Part shown: positions 52,721 through 64,000 of the stretch, piece after piece
Layout: the number at the start of each line of letters is the position of its first letter
Numbering within the stretch: the first letter of the stretch is position 1
Assembly (NCBI GenBank): GCA_013239625.1
Contig: MU054187.1
Location: 19,522,711 to 19,586,710, forward strand
Direction: 5' to 3'
Source: Lama guanicoe
Taxonomy: Eukaryota
Length of the DNA stretch: 64,000 bases
Position numbers and translations under genes: made by a program
Notes under the pieces: model-generated
Seen by the model: the letters and a program-made list of their open reading frames with translations, nothing else
Database searches by the model: none
What the model was told of the DNA's origin: nothing

Positions 52721-53065
52721 CAAAAATAACTAGAGAATCCAAATTATTTTCTGAGACTATTTTTAAAAAATACTGCAGAACTCTAGTTTTTTTTTTTCCC
52801 CCTCCTCTCCTCTGGTTGTTTGAAAATCTTTTTCAAATCTAGCAATATGTATCACCTGCTGAAATAATTATCTTGTCTTCCTCATTATCAGTGTGGTTCC
52901 ACTTTTCCTGTTATGAAAGCAAAAGTACCCATGATTTTTGTATAATACTGCCATTATATTTATTGAGGAATACATTTTATAGTGAGTCATATTACCACAA
53001 ACCTCTAAAAATAGCACCATAGTTTTTAAGTGCTCCTTTTTATGGGTTTATCAGGCTGGAGCCAA

Positions 53066-53096
<31 letters not shown>

Positions 53097-54188
53097 CCCC
53101 TTGGTTATGATGTTTCCCAGACACATGTTGACAAAATGCCCAGAGGCGGAGAGGGACTTATCAAGTGTAGCCTGAAAGCATTTGCTTGGAAATAACTTCA
53201 AGCTTGCATAAAATTTCAAGAATCAGACTAATTCAAAGAAAACACACAGAACTTTTACTCAGATCTGTCCTTAAATTTTATCCCATTTCCTTTATCAATT
53301 ACTCTATCTATTTAAGTGCATAATGTGTATCTCACACACACACACACACACACTGCATTCTTCTAAAATTTTTGAGAGTAAATTATATACATTCTGGCTT
53401 ATTACCCCCAAATTGTTCAGTGTATATTTCCCCAAAATACAGAGATTCTCTTACATAATTATAACACACTTCTATTTAATTTACCACCTAAGTTCCAACT
53501 TACCAATTAACCTAATGTTGTCCTTTGGAGCATTCATTTTATCTCTGGTACAGCGTCCGGTCTGGAAAGACTAACTGCATTTAGTCATCGGGTGTTTTTA
53601 GTATAATTTAATCTGGAGCATTTCCACAGAGCCTTTGTTTGCTGTGACATTGACATTTTTGGAGAATTCAATCAACACCCCCTTCCCTTTTTTACTAGAA
53701 CATTCCTCATTTGGAATTTGTCTGCTGTTTCCTCATGATTAGAGCCAAAAAAGGATTCCAGGCCAGGATGCTGCATAAGCCATGTTGTCTCCTTCTCTGG
53801 GTATCACATCTGAAGGTGCGTGGTTTTCACACACCCTCATTGGTGAGGTAGATTTTGATTAGTCAGTCACGAGCTTGTCCACTTTTTCCACTGCGTGGTT
53901 TTTATTTTTTCCCTTATGATTAATAAGCAATTGGTACAGAGATATTTTAAGACCAAATTAATATCCTGTTCCTAATCAAAATTTCACTCCAGCTTTGGCA
54001 TCCATTGACAGTTCTTGCCTGAGCCAGTGTTTACCGTGATGGTTGAAAAATGATGATTTTTTCCAATTCCAGTAATTTTTCCACATTTAAATTTCAGTCT
54101 ATGGAATTCTATTGTAAGGAAGACATTTCCCTCTCTTTCCTCTCCCTCTTTCTCTCTCATTCTCAGTATGTATTCATGGATTCTTTCC

Positions 54189-54272
54189 TTTTTTTCTGGG
54201 TAGGGAGGGAAGATTGAACACAGGACCTTGTGCACGTTAGGCGTGCACTCTACCACTGAACTATACCCTCCC
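54189..54272 (-). mobile_element. tRNA-derived SINE (Vic-1-like), first of a tandem pair
   Basis: 'gattgaacacaggaccttgtgcac..ctctaccactgaactataccctccc'. Confidence 0.85.
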
Positions 54273-54280
54273 TTCTAAGG

Positions 54281-54470
54281 TATTTTATTTTATATTTTGT
54301 TTTGAGGGAAGATAATTAGATTTATTTATTTACTTATTTATTTTATTTTTTATTTTTTAAATTAACTGCTTTTTTATTTATTTTTAAAAATTTTTTAATG
54401 GCGGTACTGGGGATTGAATCCATGACCTCATGCATTCTAAGCATGTACTCTACCACTGAGCTATACTTTT
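54281..54470 (-). mobile_element. tRNA-derived SINE (Vic-1-like) with long A-rich tail, second of the pair
   Basis: 'ggtactggggattgaatccatgacctcatgcat..ctctaccactgagctatac' preceded by a (TTTA)-rich tail. Confidence 0.85.
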
Positions 54471-55044
54471 ACCAAAGGATTCTTATTTTTCTGTCAGTGT
54501 TTTATAATTTATATTTTCTGTATTATTTTGTTTCTCAAATTGTCCCAGGTTTGGCCCATTGAGAGCACCTTCAAGGTGACTCTATCTCTAATATAAGGAG
54601 GGACACTTCCTTACTTTCTGGCATAACAAGATATTTTGGGCTTATGTTATAGCTATACCCTCATCTCACATCAGAATCAGCCATTTTTCCAAGGAACCAT
54701 CATTCTTTTTTGGTGGGGAACATATTAGACACCAAGCTCTGGGCACTGGATATACCCATTCATACTGAGGTGTCTTTGCTTCTCAGCTCTGTAGGCAGAC
54801 AGAACTAAAAATATATATACATGTGCATCCACATAGACATACATATGAATTTACATATGTTCCCATCCATTCACATTTCGTTCCTTCTCACCTTCCCTCT
54901 TCTGTATTGTATGTTTCTGGAGGGAAAATTCCAGCTCCTAACAACATCAGTACATCTTCTCATTTGCTCAATCATGTAATATACCTGAAATAGTTTTATT
55001 TCTTGGGCACAGTGGTCCCCTATTCCTGCCTGTCAAAAAATCTA

Positions 55045-55602
55045 CTGGACCCAGTGATTCCATGCCTAGTTCTTTATTTAAAAGAAAAAGATTTCATATT
55101 TCCACAAACAGCCTTGTACAAGAATGTTTTATAGCAGCTTTATTCGTAGAAGCTGAAAACTGGAAATAGCTCAGTTGTCTTAAGAGGAGAATGGATAAAT
55201 AAATTGTGATCTATTCATGCAATGGAACACTGCTCAGCAATAAAAAGGAACAAATTACTGCAGCATGCAACAATATGGATGAATTTCACAAACAGTATGC
55301 TGTCTTTAAAAAAGCAACAGAAAAGAATACATAATGTATGCTTCCATTTGTATGAAGTTTGAGAACAGGCAAAACTAATCTACAGTGATAGAAATTACAT
55401 CACTACTTGCTTTTCTTGGAACAAGGATAGAGCAGGACATTGACTGGAAAGGAGCATAAGAAAACATCCTGGGATTAGGGAAATGTACTTTGTCTGAATC
55501 AGAATGTGAATTATATGACTGCATTCATTTGTCATAATGGATCAAACTTTATCTTTAATATCTGTGCACTTCTCTGTCCATAAATTAACCCTCAATTTTT
55601 AA
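55045..55602 (+). mobile_element. Old L1 (L1MD/ME-like) 3' end
   Basis: 'gaatggataaataaattgtgatctattcatgcaatggaa..aaaaaggaacaaattactg..aggcaaaactaatctacagtgatagaa'. Confidence 0.85.
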
Positions 55603-55870
55603 GTTGGCTGGAGCAGAGTAAAGCTAGAACTCCTTATTTTAAAACAGCTCCTTATTCTAGCTTGCCTTACTTCTGGTCCTCCTCCCCCATCATTCTCCTG
55701 GCCCCTGAAGGGATTTGAGTTTGCTACCCCAATCAATATACTTACTTCCTTTTACCATCCTAGTCTTTCCTTTTATGACCATTTCAAACATACAAAGTAC
55801 AATATAGGTTAGAATTTCACAGATAATTAAATGACATTATCAACCCTTTAGGTCTGCCCAATATACATAC

Positions 55871-55876
55871 TTTAAT
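55871..55876 (-). terminator. Candidate proximal polyadenylation signal ATTAAA for PMP2
   Basis: First AATAAA/ATTAAA-type hexamer I saw on the minus strand after the stop codon (~210 nt downstream); usage unproven. Confidence 0.3.
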
Positions 55877-56082
55877 TGAGTAAAGACTTGCATACCCATT
55901 GGAAATGTTTAAGTAACACTGAATTTTAGATTAATCCTCAGTTTAGGCGTTTGCCTATCTGATCTATTAAGACAAAAGCAAAAAGAAACCAACACACTGC
56001 AGTGTAGACAGGCTTTGCCAATGAAACAGTTGATTTCCAACTTCAAATGATGAAATGTCACTTCAGGGAGGAAATGATTTTC

Positions 56083-56133
56083 TCAGACCTTCTCATAAAT
56101 TCTGGTGCAGACCACGTCCTTCATTTTACATTC
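56083..56133 (-). CDS. PMP2: PMP2 coding exon 4, ECKMKDVVCTRIYEKV*
   Basis: 51 nt ending in TGA (56085-56083), with acceptor ctctcttttttaag|. Contains the fatty-acid-binding R-x-Y (R127/Y129). Total CDS is 73+173+102+51=399 nt. Confidence 0.98.
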   Translation of the reverse strand, partial: ECKMKDVVCTRIYEKV

Positions 56134-56429
56134 CTTAAAAAAGAGAGATTAACTAAATGGCTAAAACTCAAACTCGGGCACAACAAATTTGTAATTTATA
56201 ACAGACATTGTAATAGACAATTTATAACAGACATGTCAGCAAACTCATAGGATTAAACTCAGAAAGAACCCAAATATCAGTGTGTCAGTTTCCGGTAATT
56301 CAGAATCACGACCATTGAAATAGGAGAAATGGTTTTAAAGTTGATTTAAGTTATGGCACAGGTATTTTTTTAAGTGGCAAGTTTTTATGCATAAGTTGTA
56401 CAGATTTAAATCTATTAAAATAGTTATTT

Positions 56430-56595
56430 TCAAAACTATCTGCACATTTGCATTATCTGGGGGAACACTTAAAAATACCGATGGCTCCCCCTCCCCTAAG
56501 AGATTTGCATTCAGTTGATCTGTGTTGGGGCCCCCATATTGGTATTTACTCCCCATATAAGTCTGTTGTGCAGCCAAGGATAAGATTCTCTGTAC
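56430..56595. mobile_element. MER5-like hAT fossil in PMP2 intron 3
   Basis: 'ttttcaaaact..gcattatctggggg..ttaaaaataccgatg..gtgcagccaaggataaga'. Confidence 0.6.
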
Positions 56596-57191
56596 TGAAG
56601 GAAGAAATATTCAAAACACTACATGAATCTATTTATAATAATCAATGTCTATGTTAAATAGTAAGAATAGGACCTGAGACTTAAAAACATAGTTACAGGT
56701 CATCTCATATAACCTTTGCCATCATTTTTTATCTGCCAATTACAAGAGGTCTCCAATGAGCTAAGCTTGAATTATTGGCATGGTTTAGTTACCATGGATT
56801 CTTGAAAACAAAACAAAAAACTGTAGATATCTACAAGTATTCAACAATGGACCCTTTGGAAATGTGCTTTGCTTTTAAAATTTAGACTTGCTTTTCTCTT
56901 TGTGAGTCCAAACTGATGAGGCTTATCCATACATTTTTTTAACTTTGCTATCATTTTTAGGTGTTGTTATTTCTAAAACAACAAATAGGCTTTGCCATTT
57001 CTGAACTCTTGAATCTGAACTTGAAGTAACTATGGCTGAGTCTTGATAGTTTAAATATCATCCAAACATTAATTCTGACTTTATTCTCAGCCATTCTTAT
57101 CCAAGAAAAAAAAGAATATTTTAAAAATAATATAACCAATTTTTCTATTTAAATATCATTATTTCTGTATTTAGAGTAAAAATACTCTTAC

Positions 57192-57293
57192 CACTACCAT
57201 TTTTCCATCCACCAACTTTCTCTTTATTGTTGTCTCATTGCCATCCCATCTCTGTACTTGATTCAACGAGCCTCTCGACAAGGTTACAATGCT
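57192..57293 (-). CDS. PMP2: PMP2 coding exon 3, [34 protein letters not shown]
   Basis: 102-nt exon with acceptor tttgcag| and donor GTG|gtaaga; in frame with exon 2. Confidence 0.98.
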
Positions 57294-57509
57294 CTGCAAA
57301 GACAGGTTCACACAATTGACTTGCTTGGACTTTGGTTGATTAAAGAAGCAGTTGATTCAGTACTGAATCGCTCTCATGACAGATGTCTCATGAGGCACAT
57401 TCATTTTCAACAGAATGGAGTGGTCTATCCTTTCAAATACCTGTGAGGGTAATCCTCTCTCTCAAAGCAGTGGATAGAACCAACTTCGAAGAGAAACAGT
57501 CAAGTTTAC

Positions 57510-57682
57510 CTTTGCTTTCCTATTGTCAGCTGTGGTTTCTTCGAATTCCTGGCCCAGCTTGAAGGAGATCTCTGTATTTTTAAAGGTACTTTCTGTTCTT
57601 ATGGTTATAATATCCCCTTTCTTGCTGATGATCACTCTGGGTCTGGCCAAATTTCCCAGTTTTCTGGTGGCTAATCCCACGC
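57510..57682 (-). CDS. PMP2: PMP2 coding exon 2, (G)[57 protein letters not shown]
   Basis: 173-nt exon with acceptor ttccag| and donor AAG|gtaaac. It overlaps ORF 57462..57680 and the peptide is nearly identical to known P2. Confidence 0.98.
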
Positions 57683-58234
57683 CTGGAAATCAAGACAGTG
57701 TTAGAATTACATTGACCAAGAGAACATATGTAGAGGGACTATGGGTGGCCACATGTTACAGTCCACTGTGCCCCAGGTGTGGAGATGGCTCGTAGTATCA
57801 CTTACTGCTAAGGACCTCTTCCCGTGCTTCACCACCTAATGGAAACACATGCCCATGGACTTGAATAGTTCAAGTTTTGTTATTACAAAAGTAATGCCTG
57901 CAGATTTTAAAGATTAAAGTGTTTAGCCTGAATATGCAAATACAAGTCATCTACTGTTACCACGTCCATTCCCTTGCTCCTTTAAAAAACACTAACTATA
58001 GCTTTGTATGGACCACTCCAGACATGTTTAGTTTGTATACATAAATGTTGTAGATATATTTTTCAAATGAGACCTATACATGCTGTTTTATGATTTTTTT
58101 CCCTCAATGACATGTTATGGATATAGGAAAAATCTCCCCTCCATATCCTTGATAGAATCTCATTGCTGAAATTTTGCTGTGGCCCCTAAATCTATCTGCA
58201 CCATTTACGAGTGATCATAGGGAAATAAAATAAT

Positions 58235-58646
58235 CTTTTAATTGAAGTATAGTTGATTTACAATGTTATGTTAGTTTCAAGTGTATAGGAAAGTGATTCA
58301 GTTATATATATATTTTTTTCAGATTCTTTTCCATTACAGCTTGTTATAAATATTGAATATAGTTCCCTGTGCTATACAGTAGGTCTTTGTTGTTGATCTA
58401 TTTTATATATAGTAGTGTGTGTCTGCTCATCTCAAACTCCTAGTTTATCCCTCCTCCTGCCTCTCGCTTTCCCCTTTGGTAGCCATAAGCTTGTTTTTCA
58501 TGTTTATGAGCTTATTTAGATTCCACATACAAGTGATATCATATGATATTTGTCTTTCTCTGTCTGACTTGCTTCACTTAGTATGGCCATCTCTAGGTCC
58601 ATCCATTTTGCTGCAAATGGCATTATTTTATTCTTTATGGATGAAT
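58235..58646 (-). mobile_element. Cetartiodactyl L1 3' end in PMP2 intron 1
   Basis: ORF 58516..58809 ends in IMPFAAKWMDLEMAILSE..KDKYHMISLVCGI (L1 ORF2 terminus); flanked by aaataaaataat at 58223-58234 and 58647-58658. Confidence 0.9.
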
Positions 58647-60019
58647 AAATAAAATAATTAAATTTTTTTTCTCCATTTGGAAACAAAACAAAATTAGACT
58701 CAAGTAGTAATACTATATGACTTAAGATTATAGAAATACATATGCGGAAAAATAAAAATGTCAAATGAGAGAGATATGTGAAGAAAAATCTAGTTATATA
58801 TAAATACATATAATTACAGTTATATATACATAAAGCTGTGTGGAGAGTTAGAGCTAATAAATAATTGCGAACTGTACTTTTTCTTCTAATTCTGATTGAT
58901 CTTTTGTTATTTGATATGTTTTAAGACAACTTTTTCAACTAAATTTCTTCTCTAGAGCCTAAGAATCTACATTTCGCCAAATCCCCAGGTGCCCTATGCA
59001 CTCTAAACTTTGAAAATGACATAATTAGGGAGTCTTCCCTAGACTTCCTTATGGACTTTATTATATTTTGCTTCTTCCTAAGCTGTAAAGTGAAATTCGT
59101 AAGTCTAGCCAATCTTATAGTATAGATAGATAGATTCCTACTAATTCCCGTGGTTTTTCAGGTAAGCACGACATGATCTTGCTTATTTTATACAAAAATA
59201 GAATCCTTCTCATAAGCGTTCTGAACAGATAAAGCTGCAGATGCTTTGACGAGCATGGCAAACTGAGGTCATGGGCTCCACTCTCTACTTATCTATACAG
59301 CTCTGGAAATGTCTAAAGACCCTCCAAACCTGTTGTGCTCATATCTGTGGAACATTCCCTAGAAATAATGTCAAATACAGTTGATGTACTAATGACTAGA
59401 CTTCCCATCTCCATCCACTGTCGCCGACTCCGGGCAAGTCTGATGTTAATGTGGCTGAGTTTGAATTCACTGACACAACCCAATTCTTTTTCTCTCAGTG
59501 ACTTTCTTAGACTGTGAACATCCTGCTCTTTAAAGAATTTACTTTTTACAAACTGTATCTACATAATTATGCAACAACAGACAACCTAGAGGTAAAGAGA
59601 GAAAATTTCAGGTTTTGATAAGCATCCAAATTTTAAATTGAGGTTTTCTATTAACGTTAGTATATGCAACTCTTCATGAGCACATCAGTTCTTATACAAC
59701 TGACTTTCAGGAAAGCCAGAGAATGGATTGACTAAGCTTCTAAGATTTCTTTCTTCTACGTTTGAAACCAAAGCCCTATTGACATGAAACTGCCTTTGAA
59801 ATTAGTGGGAGTTCCACACATTTAAGCAGCTCTTATTTTGAGTTAAAATCTATTAAAATTGCCACAAACAAAATGCAAATAAATTAGCTGATTGACACAA
59901 CAGGAGATTAATTCCAGAAGAGAATTATACTTCAGCCTGTGCAAACTTTCCCAGACTCCTGGAAAAGGAGTTAGAAGGAAATAGTCACACACCTTTCTCA
60001 AAAAGGATCCTCTCACTTA

Positions 60020-60350
<331 letters not shown>

Positions 60351-60475
60351 AATGACAGTACTACTTGAACCTTCAAATTTTTGTGACCCTACATTTTTAA
60401 GAAGCCTTTAGGTCCTTAATTCTTTAGGAAAAAGTCTATGAATTGAGTGTTCTAACACACTAAATTATATGACCA

Positions 60476-60514
60476 TGAATGAATGAATGTGTGTGTGTGT
60501 GTGTGTGTGTGTGT
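60476..60514 (+). repeat. (GAAT)n-(TG)n compound microsatellite upstream of PMP2
   Basis: Directly visible. Confidence 0.95.
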
Positions 60515-60934
60515 TTAGGCATATTGCTCACTCTCAATCCTGAGTCTGCACAATTAAGAATTCTTATTGAAAGAGAAGAAAGAGGAGGAAAATGTCCATG
60601 AGAATGGTGCTAACCGCCTCAAATATGTTGTGGGAGAGAAATGCAGGGGAGCAGTGTGAGGACGTATTCATAGGTGAGGGAGGCTCGGCATAGTTCGCAT
60701 ATCCGAGGCCGGCAGAGTGGGCAGACAATACGGTCGGTCTCTCACAGCAGAGCACAGAAATCGCATTCATGGCTGAACAAGAAGCAGCCCTATTACACGC
60801 TCTTTGACCACAGCAAAGATTTTCATCTAAAAAAAACCTTAGGTTCGAATTAAGCAGGTTCTTGGCTAACACAACGACTTTTTAAGTCCTTTCAAGAAAT
60901 CTCCAGTTTTATAAAGAGAAAGGGTTTCCTATAA

Positions 60935-61150
60935 AAATAATACGAATGTATACTGAGAGCCCATTATGGACCAGTCACTGTGCTAAGTGCTTACTATGGA
61001 TTATTTCAGTTAATCCTCTCAACAACTCCAGGAATTAGGCACTCTTATTATATCCATTTTACTGATGAGAAAACTGGAGCTCGGGAGGCTGGGTAACTTG
61101 CTCCCAAAACTTGAATAAGGAGAGATAGTATTTCAACCTGGTACTGTTTG
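60935..61150 (-). mobile_element. MIR SINE
   Basis: 'cactgtgctaagtgctt..aatcctctcaacaactcc..tccattttactgatgagaaaactggagctc'. Confidence 0.8.
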
Positions 61151-63020
61151 TCAGTGCATCATCTCGTACTGCACCTGCTACACCATGTGCGCTGGAGGCT
61201 CTGGCCAAAGGTCAGACAATACTGATGTCACCGTGACTGAATGGAGGCACTCATTCTCTGCTCAAAAAGCAAGAGAGGTGAAAAGTCAAGAGATGAGGCA
61301 TCCAGGCCATTAGGATACATCAGAGCCCCAGTCTTGGGCCAAGGGGAGCAAATATAAAACCACTTCAAATATAAGTGTTACTCTTGGGTATATCAAAGTA
61401 GCTGCCATGTACTTTCCTAGCAGGGTTTCCACACTGACATTAATACTGATATTACCAGATTGTATATAATTAGTACACAGGTGGGCTCTCTTAGCAGTAA
61501 TGAAAACAACTCATGATCAATTTACTCATAACAGGTAGAATCACTGACCTTCGGGACTCAGGTTACTACTGGCATAGCTGTACCGTAACCATTGCAATTA
61601 TGTGGTTAGGGTCCACGTGGGGTCAAAAACGTAGAATTATACACAGTGGGCCCAAGTGTCATCTTACATTGCTCGTGCCTGGATAACTCAAGGTAGGAAT
61701 GAAACAGTGAGGAGAGAAATTCCTAACCAGCTAACCCAATCTTAGACGCAAGAGCATGTAACTGGAGAGAGCACTCTGTACTGGGACAGAAGGCACAGCT
61801 TGAAAGAGGGGCTTTTGACGAGTGGATGTGCTATTTTCTTATCCAAAACACTTTTAAAATGAATAATGCTATGACTTGTGTCTTCAAAAGTTTAGGTGTT
61901 CTTCCTGAATCTACAAAGAGCCCTCAAACCTTCCCACTTGAGCTGAACCCTCGTACCTGGAGGAGCTCACCCAGGAGAGCTGCATGGAGTTTCAGCAGTC
62001 CTTGTTTTGCACAGAGAAATAGATATTAAAATATACACAGTGATCTATATATTGGCAAGTTTTATAACTTTGAAGCAATTTGAGACAAAGAAAGGAATTT
62101 TATATTTTAGGCTTGTCAGCAATGTACCTGACTTCTGGAATTGGCCAAGATGAAACTCTGAGACCCATGTATGAGTCACAGGCATGGATCAAAGCAGTGA
62201 GAGAAGATCCTGGTTTGAGACATTAAGTCACTCCTAGATAAGGAATTCATCAATATCCTAGTGAGAAAGGATGGAAAATAAATATCAGAACAACATTGTA
62301 ATAAGACACATATACTTACATGTAAACTAAATGCTCATAAAATGGTTCTAGGCGCTCTAAGCTATAGGTTCACCTTTCACCGATTTTTTTGCCCATATAA
62401 ATTGTTAAGATCAAGGAAGCTACTTAAATCATACAATGAAAAGAACATCCAGAAGTCAAAACAAAATGGATAAGGAATGCTTGCTCTATGTAACATGTCG
62501 TGTAAATAGCCCTTACATCTCTCCTCAAGCTATATCCAATTGCATATTTGGAAAAGCAATAATACTGCAGCATAAGAACAAAGAATTCATGATCTCCTAC
62601 TTGAATGCCAAAGGTCTGACTCCATTCCTTTCATTCGTTCAACTGCAAAAGTACTGAGTGCCTGCTTAGGGCTTCAAGGTGCTGGTTACACATCATTAAA
62701 CAAAATTCTGTGCCCTCAGGGAACTTCCATTCTATTCATGACTATTCATGACTTGATAAAGGCTTGACTACTTCAATTTTAATTCCAGGGAGTCTGAAAT
62801 TATTTGTAAAACAGAAATATTGTGATAATAATTGGAGGCAGGAAAATCACATAATATAAGACTAGGAAAAATAACCAATAAAATATGAAATAAACTTTAG
62901 AATTTTCACTTCCTCATGATAGATAAGGAGGGTAAGCTAACTTTCCAACTGCGACATCTAGAAAAAACGGACAAAATTTTAAAAAAATTCTTCAAGATAT
63001 CAGAGAGATAAACAAGGAAA

Positions 63021-63120
63021 AGGAGGGAGGGTATAGTTCAGTGGTAGAGTATGTACTTAGCATGCTTGAGGTCCTGGGTTCAATCCCCAGCACCTCCATC
63101 AAACAAACAAACAAACAAAA

Positions 63121-63159
<39 letters not shown>

Positions 63160-63160
63160 A
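63021..63160 (+). mobile_element. tRNA-derived SINE (Vic-1-like) with (CAAA)n(TAAA)n tail
   Basis: GGGAGGGTATAGTTCAGTGGTAGAG ... GGGTTCAATCCCCAG head. Confidence 0.9.
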
Positions 63161-63649
63161 ATGAAGGGTCTAGGGCTTGGGGAGAAAAGGGAAGCAGATG
63201 AAACAGGCTTAATATTTAGGGCCGCTGCCCTTCTAGGGATCTATGAATTCTGCAAGAGACAGATGAGAGGCAAAATCTGAGGGACACGTACGACACTGTT
63301 ACACGGTTAGGGAAACAATGAAGGAGGGTCCTGGTTAATCATCATATTTTAGTTTGGGACTTTGAAAGGCTGCAACATAGGAGAAAAGATGAACTTGAAA
63401 TAGACCTGGCTAATACCAATCCAATTCTTAAAATTAGTTTAGTGAGATCTGGGACAGATAGTGAACCTAGCTACCAGTCAGATACAAACATAAACACTCT
63501 GCAAAAGAAAATAATGTCACCCTAGATCTAAATTGATTTCTATAAATTTTCATACACAGTGCTAGTTTTATAAACAGAACAAAAAGAGGTAGGTAAATAT
63601 GCTCAAAAAGCAAAAGAAACAGCAAACAACAGAATTAGATGACCAACAA

Positions 63650-64000
63650 AGCAGAAGATAATAAAATAAAAACAGGTATATTACAGAAAATACCATCAGA
63701 AGCAAAAGATTTTTAAAGTATAATAAAATTGACAAGCCTTTATCAAGATGGATTTAAAAACAGAGAAGGCAAAAGTTATTGATTGCAGGTATAAAAATGG
63801 GTATATTTCTATACCCTATAGTTATTAAAAACATCATAAGAAAATATTATGGACTACTTCATGCCAATAAATTTGAAAATTTAAAAGAAATTTTTTAATT
63901 TCTGGGAAAAGACAATTTACCGAAAATGATACAAGAAGTAAAAGGGCAAATACTCCCAAATCTATTAACATTGAATCTGTAAGATTTCTTTCACAGAGAT
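63650..64000 (+). mobile_element. Old L1 ORF2 fragment running off the window end
   Basis: 'aataaaattgacaagcctttatcaagat', 'aaatattatggactacttcatgccaataaatttgaaaattta'. Confidence 0.8.

Larger units (their letters stand above)
53170..55000 (-). mobile_element. Old L1 (L1MC-like) 3' region, interrupted by SINEs
   Basis: 'ttcagtgtatatttccc', 'gttccctcatgattag'-like, 'ctcaaattgtcccaggtttggcc', 'gaatcagccatttttccaaggaacc'. Confidence 0.8.

Noticed and set aside
173..55600. The many 60-140 aa ORFs in the supplied track
   Set aside because: None resembles a protein family I recognise except L1 ORF2 remnants. They fall in repeats or low-complexity DNA and show no consistent exon chain.
56134..56150. 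AAG rather than YAG acceptor at PMP2 exon 4
   Set aside because: A known minority acceptor, preceded here by a good pyrimidine tract and giving the expected protein; not evidence of a defect.
57462..57509. Read-through extension of the exon 2 ORF ([15 protein letters not shown])
   Set aside because: Intron 2 sequence after a canonical GT donor; there is no evidence for an intron-retained product.

Overview
Mammalian genomic DNA, AT-rich and repeat-dense. The lineage is most consistent with Camelidae, because it carries several tRNA-derived Vic-1-type SINEs and cetartiodactyl-type L1 3' ends. The only protein-coding gene I can support is a complete four-exon PMP2 (myelin P2 protein / FABP8) on the minus strand. 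Its CDS is join(60115-60043, 57682-57510, 57293-57192, 56133-56083): 399 nt, 132 aa, all introns GT-AG. The ~55 kb downstream of it is non-coding and consists of L1, L2, MIR, MaLR/ERV solo LTRs, hAT fossils, SINEs and microsatellites. By known mammalian synteny this is probably the FABP5-PMP2 interval (inference). Apart from the PMP2 exon 2 ORF, the ORF track is noise or repeat-derived. I found no convincing new biological system. The most interesting observations are lineage-specific SINEs that may supply new polyA signals to the PMP2 3' UTR, three related LTRs clustered in 4.6 kb (one with excess CpG), two intact solo LTRs with TSDs, a perfect 90-bp tandem duplication and several candidate enhancers. 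Repeat boundaries and family names were called by eye and are approximate.
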